NCBI GenBank assembly: GCA_000437315.1
Contig: FR899415.1
Span: 23,713 to 87,712 of the forward strand
Direction: 5' to 3'
Length of the DNA: 64,000 nucleotides
From: Mycoplasma sp. CAG:472
GTDB lineage: Bacteria; Bacillota_I; Bacilli_A; RF39; UBA660
Positions 1 through 10,478 of this stretch are shown here, one piece after another; position 1 is the stretch's first letter; each line of letters begins with the position of its first letter. The translations under genes and the position numbers were made by a program. The notes under the pieces were generated by a model that saw only the letters and a program-made list of their open reading frames with translations, did no database searches and was not told where the DNA came from.

Positions 1-824
1 CCAAGTTCAAGAAGTTTTTTAAGACGATTATTACGGTTAATAATTCTTCTATAAAGGTCATTTAAATCAGATGTAGCAAATCTACCACCATCTAGTTGAA
101 GCATAGGTCTTAACTCTGGAGGTATAACTGGAATAACATCAAGTACCATCCATTCAGGCTTATTACCAGATTCAATAAATGAATCTAAACAATCAAGTCT
201 TTTAACAAGACGTACTCTTTTTTGTCCAGTTGTATTTTCAAGTTCTTCATGAACTTTTTCAATTTCTTTTTTAAGGTCAACTTGTTTAAGTAGTTCCTTA
301 ATAGCTTCAGCACCCATTCCAACTTTGAATGTATTACCATATTTTTCATATAAATTTCTATATTCTTTATCAGAAATAGTTTGTTTATGTTCAAGTGGAG
401 CTGTTCCTGGATCAATTACTACATAACTTACGAAATATAATACTTCTTCCAAATCTCTTGGTGACATATCTAGTACAAGACCCATTTTAGATGGAACGCC
501 CTTAAAGAACCAGATGTGAGAACATGGTGCAGCAAGTTCAATGTGTCCCATTCTTTCTCTTCTTACTTTAGAAAGAGTAACCTCTACACCACATCTATCA
601 CATATAATATTTTTATATCTAAGTCTTTTGTATTTTCCACAGCTACATTCAAAATCTTTTGTAGGTCCGAAAATCTTTTCACAGAATAATCCGTCTCTTT
701 CTGGTTTTAATGTACGATAGTTAATTGTTTCAGGTTTTTTAACTTCGCCATAAGACCAAGAACGAATCTTTTCAGGGGATGCTATTGAAACCTTAATTCC
801 CTTAAAGTTACTAACATCTATCAT
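1..824 (-). CDS. rpoC: DNA-directed RNA polymerase subunit beta' (N-terminal part, continues beyond window start)
   Basis: Minus-strand translation from the ATG at 822-824 gives [54 protein letters not shown]...[23 protein letters not shown], the conserved beta' N-terminus including the zinc-finger. Start overlaps the rpoB stop (TAATG). Confidence 0.92.
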   Translation of the reverse strand, partial: MIDVSNFKGIKVSIASPEKIRSWSYGEVKKPETINYRTLKPERDGLFCEKIFGPTKDFECSCGKYKRLRYKNIICDRCGVEVTLSKVRRERMGHIELAAPCSHIWFFKGVPSKMGLVLDMSPRDLEEVLYFVSYVVIDPGTAPLEHKQTISDKEYRNLYEKYGNTFKVGMGAEAIKELLKQVDLKKEIEKVHEELENTTGQKRVRLVKRLDCLDSFIESGNKPEWMVLDVIPVIPPELRPMLQLDGGRFATSDLNDLYRRIINRNNRLKKLLEL

Positions 825-3800
825 TATTCTTCACCTTCCCCTTCCATATCATCTAAATCATCTAGAAATTCCAAATCATCAAGTGATGGTTCTTCATCTT
901 CATCATCAAAGTCATCTTCCTCTTCATCAAGTGGTTTACTTGGTTCAGGAAGTACTTCTTCATCAGTAGATAAATCAATTTCATCAATTCTTAAATTATC
1001 ATTAGATTCATCATCTTTTTCTTCAATATCTTTAAATTCTAATAATTCATCATCATTTGTAAGAACTTGTACATCTAAGCATAATGCTTGGAATTCTTTA
1101 ACAAGTACTCTAAAGCTTTCTGGAACACCTGCTTGATTAACAAGTTTACCTTTTACTAAAGCTTCATATACTTTAACACGTCCTACAATATCATCGGCTT
1201 TAACAGTTAAGATTTCTTGAAGTACATGAGCAGCACCATAAGCATAAAGTGCCCAAACTTCCATTTCTCCAAATCTTTGTCCACCAAATTGTGCTTTACC
1301 ACCTAATGGTTGTTGAGTAATAACACTATAAGGTCCTGTTGCTCTTGCATGAAGTTTATCATCAACCATATGGTGAAGTTTAATCATATACATAACACCA
1401 ACAGCAATTTTATTGTCAAATGGTTCACCTGTACGTCCATCATATAAAGTCATCTTACCATCAGGGCTCATCTTAGCATCTTTCATTTGCTGTGATACAT
1501 CTTCCCAAGTAGCAGAATCAAATACTGGAGTAGCATAATGTCTACCTAAAATCTTACCAGCCATTCCTAAATGAAGTTCTAGAATTTGACCAACGTTCAT
1601 ACGAGATGGAACACCAAGTGGGTTAAGCATAATGTCTACTGGACGACCATCTGGCATAAATGGCATATCTTCCTCAGGTACTACTAAAGAAATAACACCT
1701 TTATTACCATGTCTTCCTGACATTTTATCTCCAACTTGAATTTTTCTCTTTTGAACTATATAAACTCTTATAACTTTTTGAACACCAGCCGCAAGTTCAT
1801 CTGAGTTTTCTTTTGTATAAATTTGTACATCATGAACAATACCATCTGCACCATGATCTACTCTAAGTGAAGTATCTCTAACTTCTCTTGTTTTTTCGCC
1901 AAAGATTGCATGAAGTAGTTTTTCTTCAGAAGTAAGTTCTTGCATTCCTTTTGGAGTTACTTTACCAACAAGAATATCCCCTTCTCTAACTTCTGTACCT
2001 ATTCTTACAATACCATCAGCATCAAGATTTTTACGAGCATCTTCAGAAACATTTGGTATATCACGAGTAATTTCTTCAGGTCCTAGTTTTGTATCACGAC
2101 ACTCAATATCATAGTGAGAAATATGAAGTGAAGTATATGCATCATCTTTAACAAGTCTTTCATTTAAGATAACGGCATCTTCATAGTTATAACCCTCGAA
2201 TGTCATGAAAGCAACTGTCATATTCTTACCTAATGCAAGTTCTCCTTTATCACAAGAAGGACCATCCGCAATAACTTGTCCAGCATGAACTTTATCGCCT
2301 GCTTTAACAATTGGTCTATGGTTTACACATGTTGATGCATTACTTCTTTCAAATGTAGAAAGATAATAAGTATCACATGATTTACCATTATTTATAACAA
2401 TTTTTTTACTATCAGCATAATCAACTACACCAGCAGTTTTAGAAAGTACACAACTTCCTGATGATGATGCAGCGATATATTCAACACCAGTACCAACTAT
2501 TGGAGCTTCACTTGTAAGAAGTGGAACTGCTTGTCTTTGCATGTTAGCACCCATAAGTGTTCTTTTTGCATCATCGAATTCCAAAAATGGAATACAACTT
2601 GTAGTTACTGCAACAACTTGACTTGGAGCAACGTCTACATAATCAACTTCTTCACGTTTAACAATTACGTTATCACCATTAACACGTACAAGAACTTCAT
2701 CGTCAATAATTCTATTATCTTTATCAAGTTTTACAGTTGCTTGAGAAATATAATAATCAGTTTCTTCATCAGCAGTCATATAAATTATATCTTTATCAAC
2801 AACGCCATTATTTACTTTATGGTAAGGAGTTGTAATAAATCCATATTCATTTACTTTAGCATAACCTGCAAGTGATGTAATAAGACCTATATTTTGTCCC
2901 TCTGGTGATTCAATTGGACATATTCTTCCATAGTGAGATGAGTTAACATCTCTTACTTCCATACCAGCTCTTTCTCTTGAAAGTCCTCCTGGTCCTAAGG
3001 AAGAAAGTCTTCTCTTATCTGTAAGTTCAGCAATTGGGTTAACTTGATCCATAAACTTAGAAAGTTGTGATGAACCAAAGAACTCTTTTAATACTGCAGT
3101 TACAGGTCTAATATTAATTAATGTTTTTGGTGTAACATTTTCAAGTTCTTGAGTAGTCATTCTTTCACGAATAACTCTTTCCATACGAGCCATACCAACT
3201 CTAAATTGATTTTCAACTAGCTCACCAACTTGTCTTACACGTCTATTTCCTAAATGATCGATTTCATCTTCATTACCAATATTATAATGTAAATCAATAT
3301 AATATGATAAAGATGCATAAACATCAGGAATAGTAAGTCTTTTTTCAGTTACACTACTATCAGTTCCAATTAAAGTAAGAACTTTTTTACCATCAATCTT
3401 ATCATAAACTTTTAAAGTTTGAATCATTTTAAAATCATCAAGTTCTTCATTAATTGTAGCTTCTTTTAAATTTAATCCACCAGCAAAAGCAACTTTTAAT
3501 TTTTCAAGAATATCTTTAGTGATAACATCACCTTTTTTAGCAATTTCTTCACCATTAAATTTAATGTTTTCAGCTAAAGTACATCCAAGTATTCTTTCAC
3601 AAATAAACATTTTTTTGTTAAATTTGTATCTTCCTACTTTTGCTAAATCATAACGGAATCTATCAAAGAATCTAGTGATTAATTGGTTTTTAGCACTATC
3701 AATAGTCGCAGGTTCTCCTGGACGTAGTTTTTCATAAATTTCAAGTAGTGCTTCATCAGTATTATTTGTAATATCTTTTTCTAAAGTATTTTTTACAAAT

Positions 3801-4444
3801 TCATTATCACCAAATAATTCAATGATTTCTTCATCAGTGGAAAGTCCAAGTGCACGTAAGAATGTTGTAACAGCTACTTTTCTAGTACGATCTATTCTTA
3901 CATAGATTACACCTTTAGCATCTGTTTCATATTCAAGCCATGTACCTTTATTAGGGATTATTTCTCCACTAACAATTCTTCTACCATTTTTATCTATTTC
4001 TCTTTTGAAATAAATAGATGGAGAACGAACAAGTTGAGATACAATTACTCTTTCAGCACCATTTATGATAAATGTTCCTGCATCAGTCATAAGTGGTAAG
4101 TCACCTAAGAATATCTCTTGTTCTTTTACTTCACCAGTTTCATGAAGGTAAAGTCTTGCTTGCACTTTAAGTGGTGCAGCATAGTTAACCATTCTCTCTT
4201 TTGCTTCCTTAATTGAATATCTTGGTTCATCTAAAGAATAATCAGTAAATTCAAGTGAAATATTTCCAGTAAAACTTTCAACTGGAAAAAGATCCTCAAA
4301 TACTTCTTTGATTCCATTTTCAATGAAATTTTGATAACTTTTCTTTTGGATTTCCAAAAGGTCTGCAAGTTCAAGAGTGTTACTTGATTTTGCGAAATTA
4401 ATTCTTTCGCGATAGTCTCCGAATTTTTGTTTTTTATAAGCCAC
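824..4444 (-). CDS. rpoB: DNA-directed RNA polymerase subunit beta
   Basis: 1206-aa ORF carrying canonical beta-subunit blocks ([41 protein letters not shown]) and an acidic C-terminal tail. Confidence 0.97.
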   Translation of the reverse strand: MAYKKQKFGDYRERINFAKSSNTLELADLLEIQKKSYQNFIENGIKEVFEDLFPVESFTGNISLEFTDYSLDEPRYSIKEAKERMVNYAAPLKVQARLYLHETGEVKEQEIFLGDLPLMTDAGTFIINGAERVIVSQLVRSPSIYFKREIDKNGRRIVSGEIIPNKGTWLEYETDAKGVIYVRIDRTRKVAVTTFLRALGLSTDEEIIELFGDNEFVKNTLEKDITNNTDEALLEIYEKLRPGEPATIDSAKNQLITRFFDRFRYDLAKVGRYKFNKKMFICERILGCTLAENIKFNGEEIAKKGDVITKDILEKLKVAFAGGLNLKEATINEELDDFKMIQTLKVYDKIDGKKVLTLIGTDSSVTEKRLTIPDVYASLSYYIDLHYNIGNEDEIDHLGNRRVRQVGELVENQFRVGMARMERVIRERMTTQELENVTPKTLINIRPVTAVLKEFFGSSQLSKFMDQVNPIAELTDKRRLSSLGPGGLSRERAGMEVRDVNSSHYGRICPIESPEGQNIGLITSLAGYAKVNEYGFITTPYHKVNNGVVDKDIIYMTADEETDYYISQATVKLDKDNRIIDDEVLVRVNGDNVIVKREEVDYVDVAPSQVVAVTTSCIPFLEFDDAKRTLMGANMQRQAVPLLTSEAPIVGTGVEYIAASSSGSCVLSKTAGVVDYADSKKIVINNGKSCDTYYLSTFERSNASTCVNHRPIVKAGDKVHAGQVIADGPSCDKGELALGKNMTVAFMTFEGYNYEDAVILNERLVKDDAYTSLHISHYDIECRDTKLGPEEITRDIPNVSEDARKNLDADGIVRIGTEVREGDILVGKVTPKGMQELTSEEKLLHAIFGEKTREVRDTSLRVDHGADGIVHDVQIYTKENSDELAAGVQKVIRVYIVQKRKIQVGDKMSGRHGNKGVISLVVPEEDMPFMPDGRPVDIMLNPLGVPSRMNVGQILELHLGMAGKILGRHYATPVFDSATWEDVSQQMKDAKMSPDGKMTLYDGRTGEPFDNKIAVGVMYMIKLHHMVDDKLHARATGPYSVITQQPLGGKAQFGGQRFGEMEVWALYAYGAAHVLQEILTVKADDIVGRVKVYEALVKGKLVNQAGVPESFRVLVKEFQALCLDVQVLTNDDELLEFKDIEEKDDESNDNLRIDEIDLSTDEEVLPEPSKPLDEEEDDFDDEDEEPSLDDLEFLDDLDDMEGEGEE

Positions 4445-4540
4445 GATCTCACCCCATAATCTTATTTTTTTTGGACTATTTTTATGTTAAAAATAAACAC
4501 GTCAACATTAAATAATTTTAGCAAAGAATAAAGTATTTTG

Positions 4541-5131
4541 TCAAGACATTTTACAGCAAAAAATGTAAAATCCTTTATCTTTTTCTTTTATTTCAACATT
4601 GTAATGTTCATTTAACAGTTTTTGTATAGATTTAGCACCTTGGTCCTTACGCATTACGAACCAAAGTCTTCCACCATCATTTAGATGTATTTTAGCATTA
4701 ATAAGAAACTCTAATATAACTTTTTTACCAGCTTTTATCGGTGGATTTGTAATAATTACATCATATTTATCTAAAATATTTTCATACACATTACTTTCAA
4801 TTACTTTAGCATTAACTTTATTTGCAGCAATATTTCTTTCACACAAATGTAATGCTCTTTTGTTAACATCACACATAGTTATATTTTTACCAGTTATCTT
4901 AGCAAGTGATATTCCTATTAATCCATAGCCACAACCTAAGTCTAAGATATTTTCATAATCAGATTCATTTTTTAAAAATGTTTCTATTAAAAGTCTACTT
5001 CCATAATCTAAATGATTTTTACTAAATACTCCGTTATCACTAAAAAAATCAATAGTTATGTTTTTATAATTATAACTAAGTGTCCTAATTTCACTTTTTA
5101 AATTTTGATTATTTGTAAAATAATGATCCAT
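4541..5131 (-). CDS. class I SAM-dependent methyltransferase, YbxB/RsmC-like small methyltransferase domain
   Basis: GxGxG SAM motif (LDLGCGYGLIG) and NPPI motif (ITNPPIKAG). Located immediately upstream of rpoB, as ybxB is in Bacillus. Confidence 0.75.
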   Translation of the reverse strand: MDHYFTNNQNLKSEIRTLSYNYKNITIDFFSDNGVFSKNHLDYGSRLLIETFLKNESDYENILDLGCGYGLIGISLAKITGKNITMCDVNKRALHLCERNIAANKVNAKVIESNVYENILDKYDVIITNPPIKAGKKVILEFLINAKIHLNDGGRLWFVMRKDQGAKSIQKLLNEHYNVEIKEKDKGFYIFCCKMS

Positions 5132-5323
5132 TTATTTCCCTTTTCTTTTCAAACTAATTTTATTATACAAAAAAAGACACGCTAAATCAAGTAGCAAGTG
5201 CCCTATTTTTACTATATAAAGTTTTTAATAAACTCCATAATTAAACTAAAACATGTTAAAAATAATATTATATATAAAAGCTCTTTTCTTTCAGATGAAC
5301 TTTCCATTAAACTAACCCCCTTA

Positions 5324-5827
5324 TTATCTTTTTCTATTTAAAGATAAACAATATTTATTATAATTACTTACCGCTTCATGAGTATTTTGAATACTTTCTA
5401 TTTCACCATCACCATTTAAATGCCATATAAGGTCATCTTCAATGGAGTATGCATAACTATCTATTCCATTTAATTTAAAATAGCCAGAAACCTCATCACT
5501 ATTTTTAAATACTGGTACTTTTTGACCTTCATAAAATTTCTCTAATATTGACTCTAAATGTTGAAATGGTCTACCCCAGAAATACTCTAAAGCATCATCA
5601 TAAGTAAGTTCAGGTTCTAAACCATAACTTGGTTCACTCATAACTATTGTCATCATTTTTTCACGAGATTCTTTACTTACTTCAAATGTTTCTTCACTAT
5701 ATAAATAATTTGGTTCATATATATTACTTTGCTCTTCATTACTTTTCTTAATGCTATATGAAGTAGCACCTATACTAGCAACTAGACAAATACTTAATAC
5801 TCCCTTAAATATTTTATTATTTTTCAT
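5324..5827 (-). CDS. hypothetical secreted/lipoprotein-like protein
   Basis: ORF with N-terminal hydrophobic signal-like segment (MKNNKIFKGVLSICLVASIGA). No recognisable domain. Confidence 0.5.
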   Translation of the reverse strand: MKNNKIFKGVLSICLVASIGATSYSIKKSNEEQSNIYEPNYLYSEETFEVSKESREKMMTIVMSEPSYGLEPELTYDDALEYFWGRPFQHLESILEKFYEGQKVPVFKNSDEVSGYFKLNGIDSYAYSIEDDLIWHLNGDGEIESIQNTHEAVSNYNKYCLSLNRKR

Positions 5828-5893
5828 AACTAATCCCCCCTTAGTTATTAACATTCTATCATATTTTTATAAAAATGTCAAATTAGTGTAAAG

Positions 5894-6775
5894 TTATCTA
5901 GATAAATCATCTATTTTTTCTAATACAATATTTTCATAGTAGTCTAGCATTTTGCTTGAATGTTCTTCTTTAAGATGGAGAATATAATCAAATATATTTG
6001 TAAGTTCTGTTCTTTCTAAACTATGTAAATAACATTTTAATTTATAAGTATCCTCTAAGTTTGTAAAACAGCAATCAGGATTTTGATTATCACTAGCATC
6101 TTTCCATTTAGAAATAATCTTTTTACATTCTTCTACATTAAGAGGATTAAAATAATCATCATAAATTTCAGGTACATAATCCATTTGCATATTATGGCTT
6201 AAAATATAACATTCAACTTCATAACTATGGTAAGCATAATAAATTAAGTTATGAATACATTTTTTTCTTAATAAATCATAAAATTTAGAATTATTTGACT
6301 TAATACCTAATTCGTCATTTAAAATTATCTTACTAGCATAGCACATTGCATTATATTTATAAGTTTGATTATATTGAAAATATCTATCTAGTTCTTCTTG
6401 AGTAAAAGCAAAATCAGGAATAATTCGCGAAAGTTTTTCAAAGTCTTCCTCTTCATCAGAAAAATCATATTCTAATGGTTTTTCAAATTTAGCCATATAG
6501 GTTTGCACTATCTTTTCACTAGCTCTATATGTTTCATCATCAACTTCATCCATTGTAAATATAATATCTGCAAGATCAACATAATATTCAAGTTCTTCCT
6601 TTGTCATTTTATCTAGCATGCTCGTTTCAATTTTAATAAGTTCAAGAATATTTTTGCAAGATACTTTAGATTGTTCAAAATCATTATTTATTAAATCCAT
6701 ACATAGTTTTTTATATGCTTCGCCAATCTTTTTATCATGTGCAATTAATAATTCAAAACTATTACTATTTTTCAT
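5894..6775 (-). CDS. hypothetical protein
   Basis: Long ORF (about 293 aa from MKNSNSF) in an AT-rich context where stop codons are frequent. No recognisable domain. Confidence 0.5.
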   Translation of the reverse strand: MKNSNSFELLIAHDKKIGEAYKKLCMDLINNDFEQSKVSCKNILELIKIETSMLDKMTKEELEYYVDLADIIFTMDEVDDETYRASEKIVQTYMAKFEKPLEYDFSDEEEDFEKLSRIIPDFAFTQEELDRYFQYNQTYKYNAMCYASKIILNDELGIKSNNSKFYDLLRKKCIHNLIYYAYHSYEVECYILSHNMQMDYVPEIYDDYFNPLNVEECKKIISKWKDASDNQNPDCCFTNLEDTYKLKCYLHSLERTELTNIFDYILHLKEEHSSKMLDYYENIVLEKIDDLSR

Positions 6776-6853
6776 AAAACCACCCGCCGTATATACTATC
6801 ATATTTTAAGCGTAATGGCAAATCATTGTAAAGTTATTTTTAAAATCTGATTT

Positions 6854-7849
6854 TTAATGAACTAATATATAAATAAGAGTTATTAAACAGCATACTAAAG
6901 ATACTAAATAAAATAGTTTTATAATATCTGTTTCTTTAAAACCTAGCATCTCAAAATGATGATGAAGTGGACTTTTTAAAAATATTTTTTTATTAAAATA
7001 TCTTATCGAAATAATTTGAATAAAACTTGAAAGAGTTTCAATAATAAAAACTAAACCAATAATAACAAGGGAAAGTTCACATTTAAGCAAAATAGATACC
7101 GATGCAAGTGTGGCTCCTAAAGAAAGAGAACCTAAATCACCCATAAATATTTTGGCAGGATAAAAATTAAAAAACAAAAATCCTATTAAAGCTCCTGCCA
7201 AAGTAAAACAAAAAATACCTATTTCTTCATAGCCCAAAATAAATGGACTATTAAAGGCAATTATTCCATAAGAAATAAATGATATCGTGCATAATCCGGC
7301 AGCAAGGCCATCAAGACCGTCTGTTATATTAACTGCATTAGAACTGCCAACAAGCATAAATAGAATTAAAAGACCATATAAATATTTTAAATCTATTGAA
7401 AATAAATAAAAATTAAGAACTGTATTATTTCCTGAAATTAAAAATAAAACAAAGAAAAATATTCCAATAATAACTTGAATAAAAAACTTTAAAATTATTG
7501 ATAGGCCTTTATTGTTATGAAATCTTATTTTAAGAAGATCATCAATAAATCCAAGAAATGCATACAAAATAAATACGCATAATATTATAAATAAATTTAA
7601 ATTAAAATGAATATTCTCATTTAAAAATAAAAAAATAATTATAAATAAAGTACTAATTATGAAAATAACTCCCCCCATCGTGGGAGTCCCCTCTTTTAAA
7701 AGATGTCTTTTAGAAATCGTTTTTGATATACTTTGATACATATGACATTTCTTAAAAAATGGTACTATTAAAAAACCTAATACTAATGAAGATAAAAAAC
7801 CTAATATTAAACATAAAATAGTTTTAGTTAAAATCATATTTTTCCTCAT
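6854..7849 (-). CDS. mraY: phospho-N-acetylmuramoyl-pentapeptide transferase
   Basis: Polytopic membrane protein with the MraY/GT4 hallmarks FMGDLGSLSLG and SPLHHHFE. Confidence 0.9.
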   Translation of the reverse strand: MRKNMILTKTILCLILGFLSSLVLGFLIVPFFKKCHMYQSISKTISKRHLLKEGTPTMGGVIFIISTLFIIIFLFLNENIHFNLNLFIILCVFILYAFLGFIDDLLKIRFHNNKGLSIILKFFIQVIIGIFFFVLFLISGNNTVLNFYLFSIDLKYLYGLLILFMLVGSSNAVNITDGLDGLAAGLCTISFISYGIIAFNSPFILGYEEIGIFCFTLAGALIGFLFFNFYPAKIFMGDLGSLSLGATLASVSILLKCELSLVIIGLVFIIETLSSFIQIISIRYFNKKIFLKSPLHHHFEMLGFKETDIIKLFYLVSLVCCLITLIYILVH

Positions 7850-7896
7850 TAAATTATATGAATTTTAAAAGTAAATAGAACACTTCTTAATAAAAT

Positions 7897-9798
7897 TTAT
7901 TTAAGCATTAACATTATAGTTGAACCCTCCTCTATATAAGTACCTTCTTCAGGTGATTGATAAAATACTTTTTCACCATTACCAGAAAGTTCTATTTTAA
8001 ATCCTTTTAAAGTTTTTTTAGCATCCTCAAGACTCATTCCTGTAACATCAGGAACATAGGTATATTTTTTATCTAAATAATTATATTCTTTAGGCATTCC
8101 CTCTTTTGAGGGCTTTATACCCAAAATATCTATTGCACTTGTAAGAATACTTTTGGCAACTGGAGCAGAGGCAGTACCACCATATTGAGTTACATTTTTA
8201 GCGCCATCAATTGCAACATATATAACAATTTTAGGATTATCCGCGGGCATAAAACCAACAAAAGATAAAATATAACTTGAGGATGAATATTTTCCATCAA
8301 CAACTTTTTGAGCAGTACCTGTTTTACCACCAACACGATAATTTTCAATATATGCATTTCTTCCTGTACCATTAGCAACAACACTCTCTAAAGTAAATCT
8401 AACAAGGGAGGAAGTATCCTTACTAATAACTTTTTTTACTAAGACTTTTTCATTATAATCAAGAAGTGCACCACTTTCATTCATTAAACTTTTAACTATG
8501 TAAGGTTTATATAAATTTCCTCCATTTACGACTGCACTAACTGCGGTTATTTGTTGCAACGGAGTCACACTTATTCCTTGTCCAAATGCTGTTGTTGCAG
8601 TTTCCACCGGGCCCATTTTATTTATATTAAAAAGTATTCCATTACTTTCACCATTTAAATCTATTCCTGTTTTTTTGCCAAAACCAAAACTTTTTATATA
8701 ACTCATAAGTTTTTGTGTACCAAGTTTTTGACCCATTGATACAAATCCCGGGTTGCAAGAATTTTCCACTACCTCAAGATAAGTTTGCGTTCCATGACCA
8801 CCATGTTTCCAACAATGTAGTGTTGCACCCTCAACATTAATTGAACCACTATCAGTAAAAGTATCTTTGAATAAATCAATAGTTTTTTCCTCAATCGAAG
8901 AGGCAAGTGTAATTATTTTAAAAGTTGAACCTGGTTCATAAGTCATCCAAATAGGAAGATTTCTATTAATAGTTTGGGTATCATAATCTTTATAATTATT
9001 TGGATCAAATCCTGGTCTTGAACCCATAGCAAGTATTTCTCCACTTTGGGGATCCATTGCAAGTATTAAAGCATGTTCTGGAGTATATTTAGAAACTATT
9101 TCATTAAGGGCACCCTCAACTGCTTTTTGCAAATTTAAATCAATAGTTAAGCCTATAGTTATCCCATCAGTGGGATTTTCATAAACCTGAGCCATTTCAA
9201 GACGATTTCCTTTACCATCCGAAAAATATTTAATAGAGCCATCTTCACCTTTTAAATATTCATCATAAATAAGTTCAAGTCCACTTAAACCTTGATTATC
9301 TATACCAACATAACCTAAGGTATGAGATAAAAGTTCTTTATATGGATAATACCTTTTACTTTCCTTTAAAAGATATACTCCATCATAATTTAAAGCATTT
9401 ATTTTATCTGAGGTTTCATAAGAAAGTCTTCTTCCCTCGGGATGTACTCTTTCAATTGAGGTTTTCTTACTTACATGAGCAAGCATATCTTCATAAGAAG
9501 TACCCAAAATATCAGATAAATCTTTAGCTACTTTTTCTTTATCTTTAATTTGCCTTGGCACTAATACAAGTGAAGTTGTTGTAATATTATCTGCAAGAAC
9601 TAAACCATTTCTATCTACTATTTTACCCCTATCTGCTTTAATAGGAAGATTTCTTGAATATAAATCATCTGATAAACTTTTTAGTTTATTATAACTTATT
9701 ACCTCAATATAAAATACTTTTATTATTACACATAAAAGAATTATAAATACAAATAAAAAAATATATCTAATACGTGTATGAATTAGTTTATAAAACAT
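7897..9798 (-). CDS. penicillin-binding protein, class B transpeptidase (FtsI/SpoVD-like)
   Basis: N-terminal membrane anchor, then transpeptidase motifs STFK (SxxK), SCN (SxN) and KTGTA. Confidence 0.85.
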   Translation of the reverse strand: MFYKLIHTRIRYIFLFVFIILLCVIIKVFYIEVISYNKLKSLSDDLYSRNLPIKADRGKIVDRNGLVLADNITTTSLVLVPRQIKDKEKVAKDLSDILGTSYEDMLAHVSKKTSIERVHPEGRRLSYETSDKINALNYDGVYLLKESKRYYPYKELLSHTLGYVGIDNQGLSGLELIYDEYLKGEDGSIKYFSDGKGNRLEMAQVYENPTDGITIGLTIDLNLQKAVEGALNEIVSKYTPEHALILAMDPQSGEILAMGSRPGFDPNNYKDYDTQTINRNLPIWMTYEPGSTFKIITLASSIEEKTIDLFKDTFTDSGSINVEGATLHCWKHGGHGTQTYLEVVENSCNPGFVSMGQKLGTQKLMSYIKSFGFGKKTGIDLNGESNGILFNINKMGPVETATTAFGQGISVTPLQQITAVSAVVNGGNLYKPYIVKSLMNESGALLDYNEKVLVKKVISKDTSSLVRFTLESVVANGTGRNAYIENYRVGGKTGTAQKVVDGKYSSSSYILSFVGFMPADNPKIVIYVAIDGAKNVTQYGGTASAPVAKSILTSAIDILGIKPSKEGMPKEYNYLDKKYTYVPDVTGMSLEDAKKTLKGFKIELSGNGEKVFYQSPEEGTYIEEGSTIMLMLK

Positions 9799-9838
9799 AT
9801 CATCACCTATTTAAATATATTTATTTTTATGCAGAATA

Positions 9839-10453
9839 TTAATCAAAATATGTTTCAAAATTTGGATTATTGTTTGCCTTAAAACATAGTTTAATTTGCT
9901 CTAAAGAAGTTTTTTCATTAGCTAGATTTTTAGGAATATCATCTAAAGAAAAATAATTAGTTTCTATTGTTTCATTATTTTTCTTAAATGAGCCTCCTAC
10001 TACTTTACATAGTACAAAGACTTTACATATTCCATAAGCATAAATTGGTGTATTATGTTTATTTCTATCTTGAACTGCTATTAACTTTATTGCATCAACA
10101 TCAAGTCCAGTTTCCTCATTTACTTCTTTAATTGTATTTGATTTTATGCTTTCTAAAGTATCACACCAACCACCAGGAAGAGCCCAAGTATCATTATTTT
10201 CGTGTACAAGTAGTATTTTATTATCTTTAAAAATAGCGGCTCTTGTATCTATTTTTGGCGTTTGATAACCTTGTTCACTGCCAAATAAATCTTTGATTTT
10301 TTCAAAGGGTAAATCAGTTTTATATTTCATAAGTTGACAAGCAATATCTCTTATTTCTTCATATCTTTCTTTATCAAATTCATTATTCACATAAGCAAGA
10401 CCATTTTGACTAAGTGCCTGAAGTCTTACAATTAATTTTAAATATTCATCCAT
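9839..10453 (-). CDS. NUDIX hydrolase
   Basis: Nudix box GGWCDTLESIKSNTIKEVNEETGL (GX5EX7REUXEEXGU pattern). Confidence 0.8.
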   Translation of the reverse strand: MDEYLKLIVRLQALSQNGLAYVNNEFDKERYEEIRDIACQLMKYKTDLPFEKIKDLFGSEQGYQTPKIDTRAAIFKDNKILLVHENNDTWALPGGWCDTLESIKSNTIKEVNEETGLDVDAIKLIAVQDRNKHNTPIYAYGICKVFVLCKVVGGSFKKNNETIETNYFSLDDIPKNLANEKTSLEQIKLCFKANNNPNFETYFD

Positions 10454-10478
10454 AATAGTCCTTTCTTAAAAAAGTACC

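Noticed and set aside
185-415. Small ORFs inside or antisense to large genes (185..415, 2531..2875, 4231..4452, 8190..8384, 9342..9527, 11713..11961, 15409..15594, 17589..17837, 26348..26584, 30454..30645, 31962..32147, 48112..48336, 48809..49003, 50071..50573, 52187..52447, 52641..52844, 56580..56786, 62539..62727, 63456..63695)
   Set aside because: They lie out of frame within confidently assigned genes, have low-complexity AT-codon composition and no RBS, and look like chance ORFs.
824-1000. Long acidic C-terminal tail on RpoB ([13 protein letters not shown]...MEGEGEE) as a possible novelty
   Set aside because: Acidic C-terminal extensions of RpoB are common in Firmicutes, B. subtilis included, so this is probably lineage-typical.
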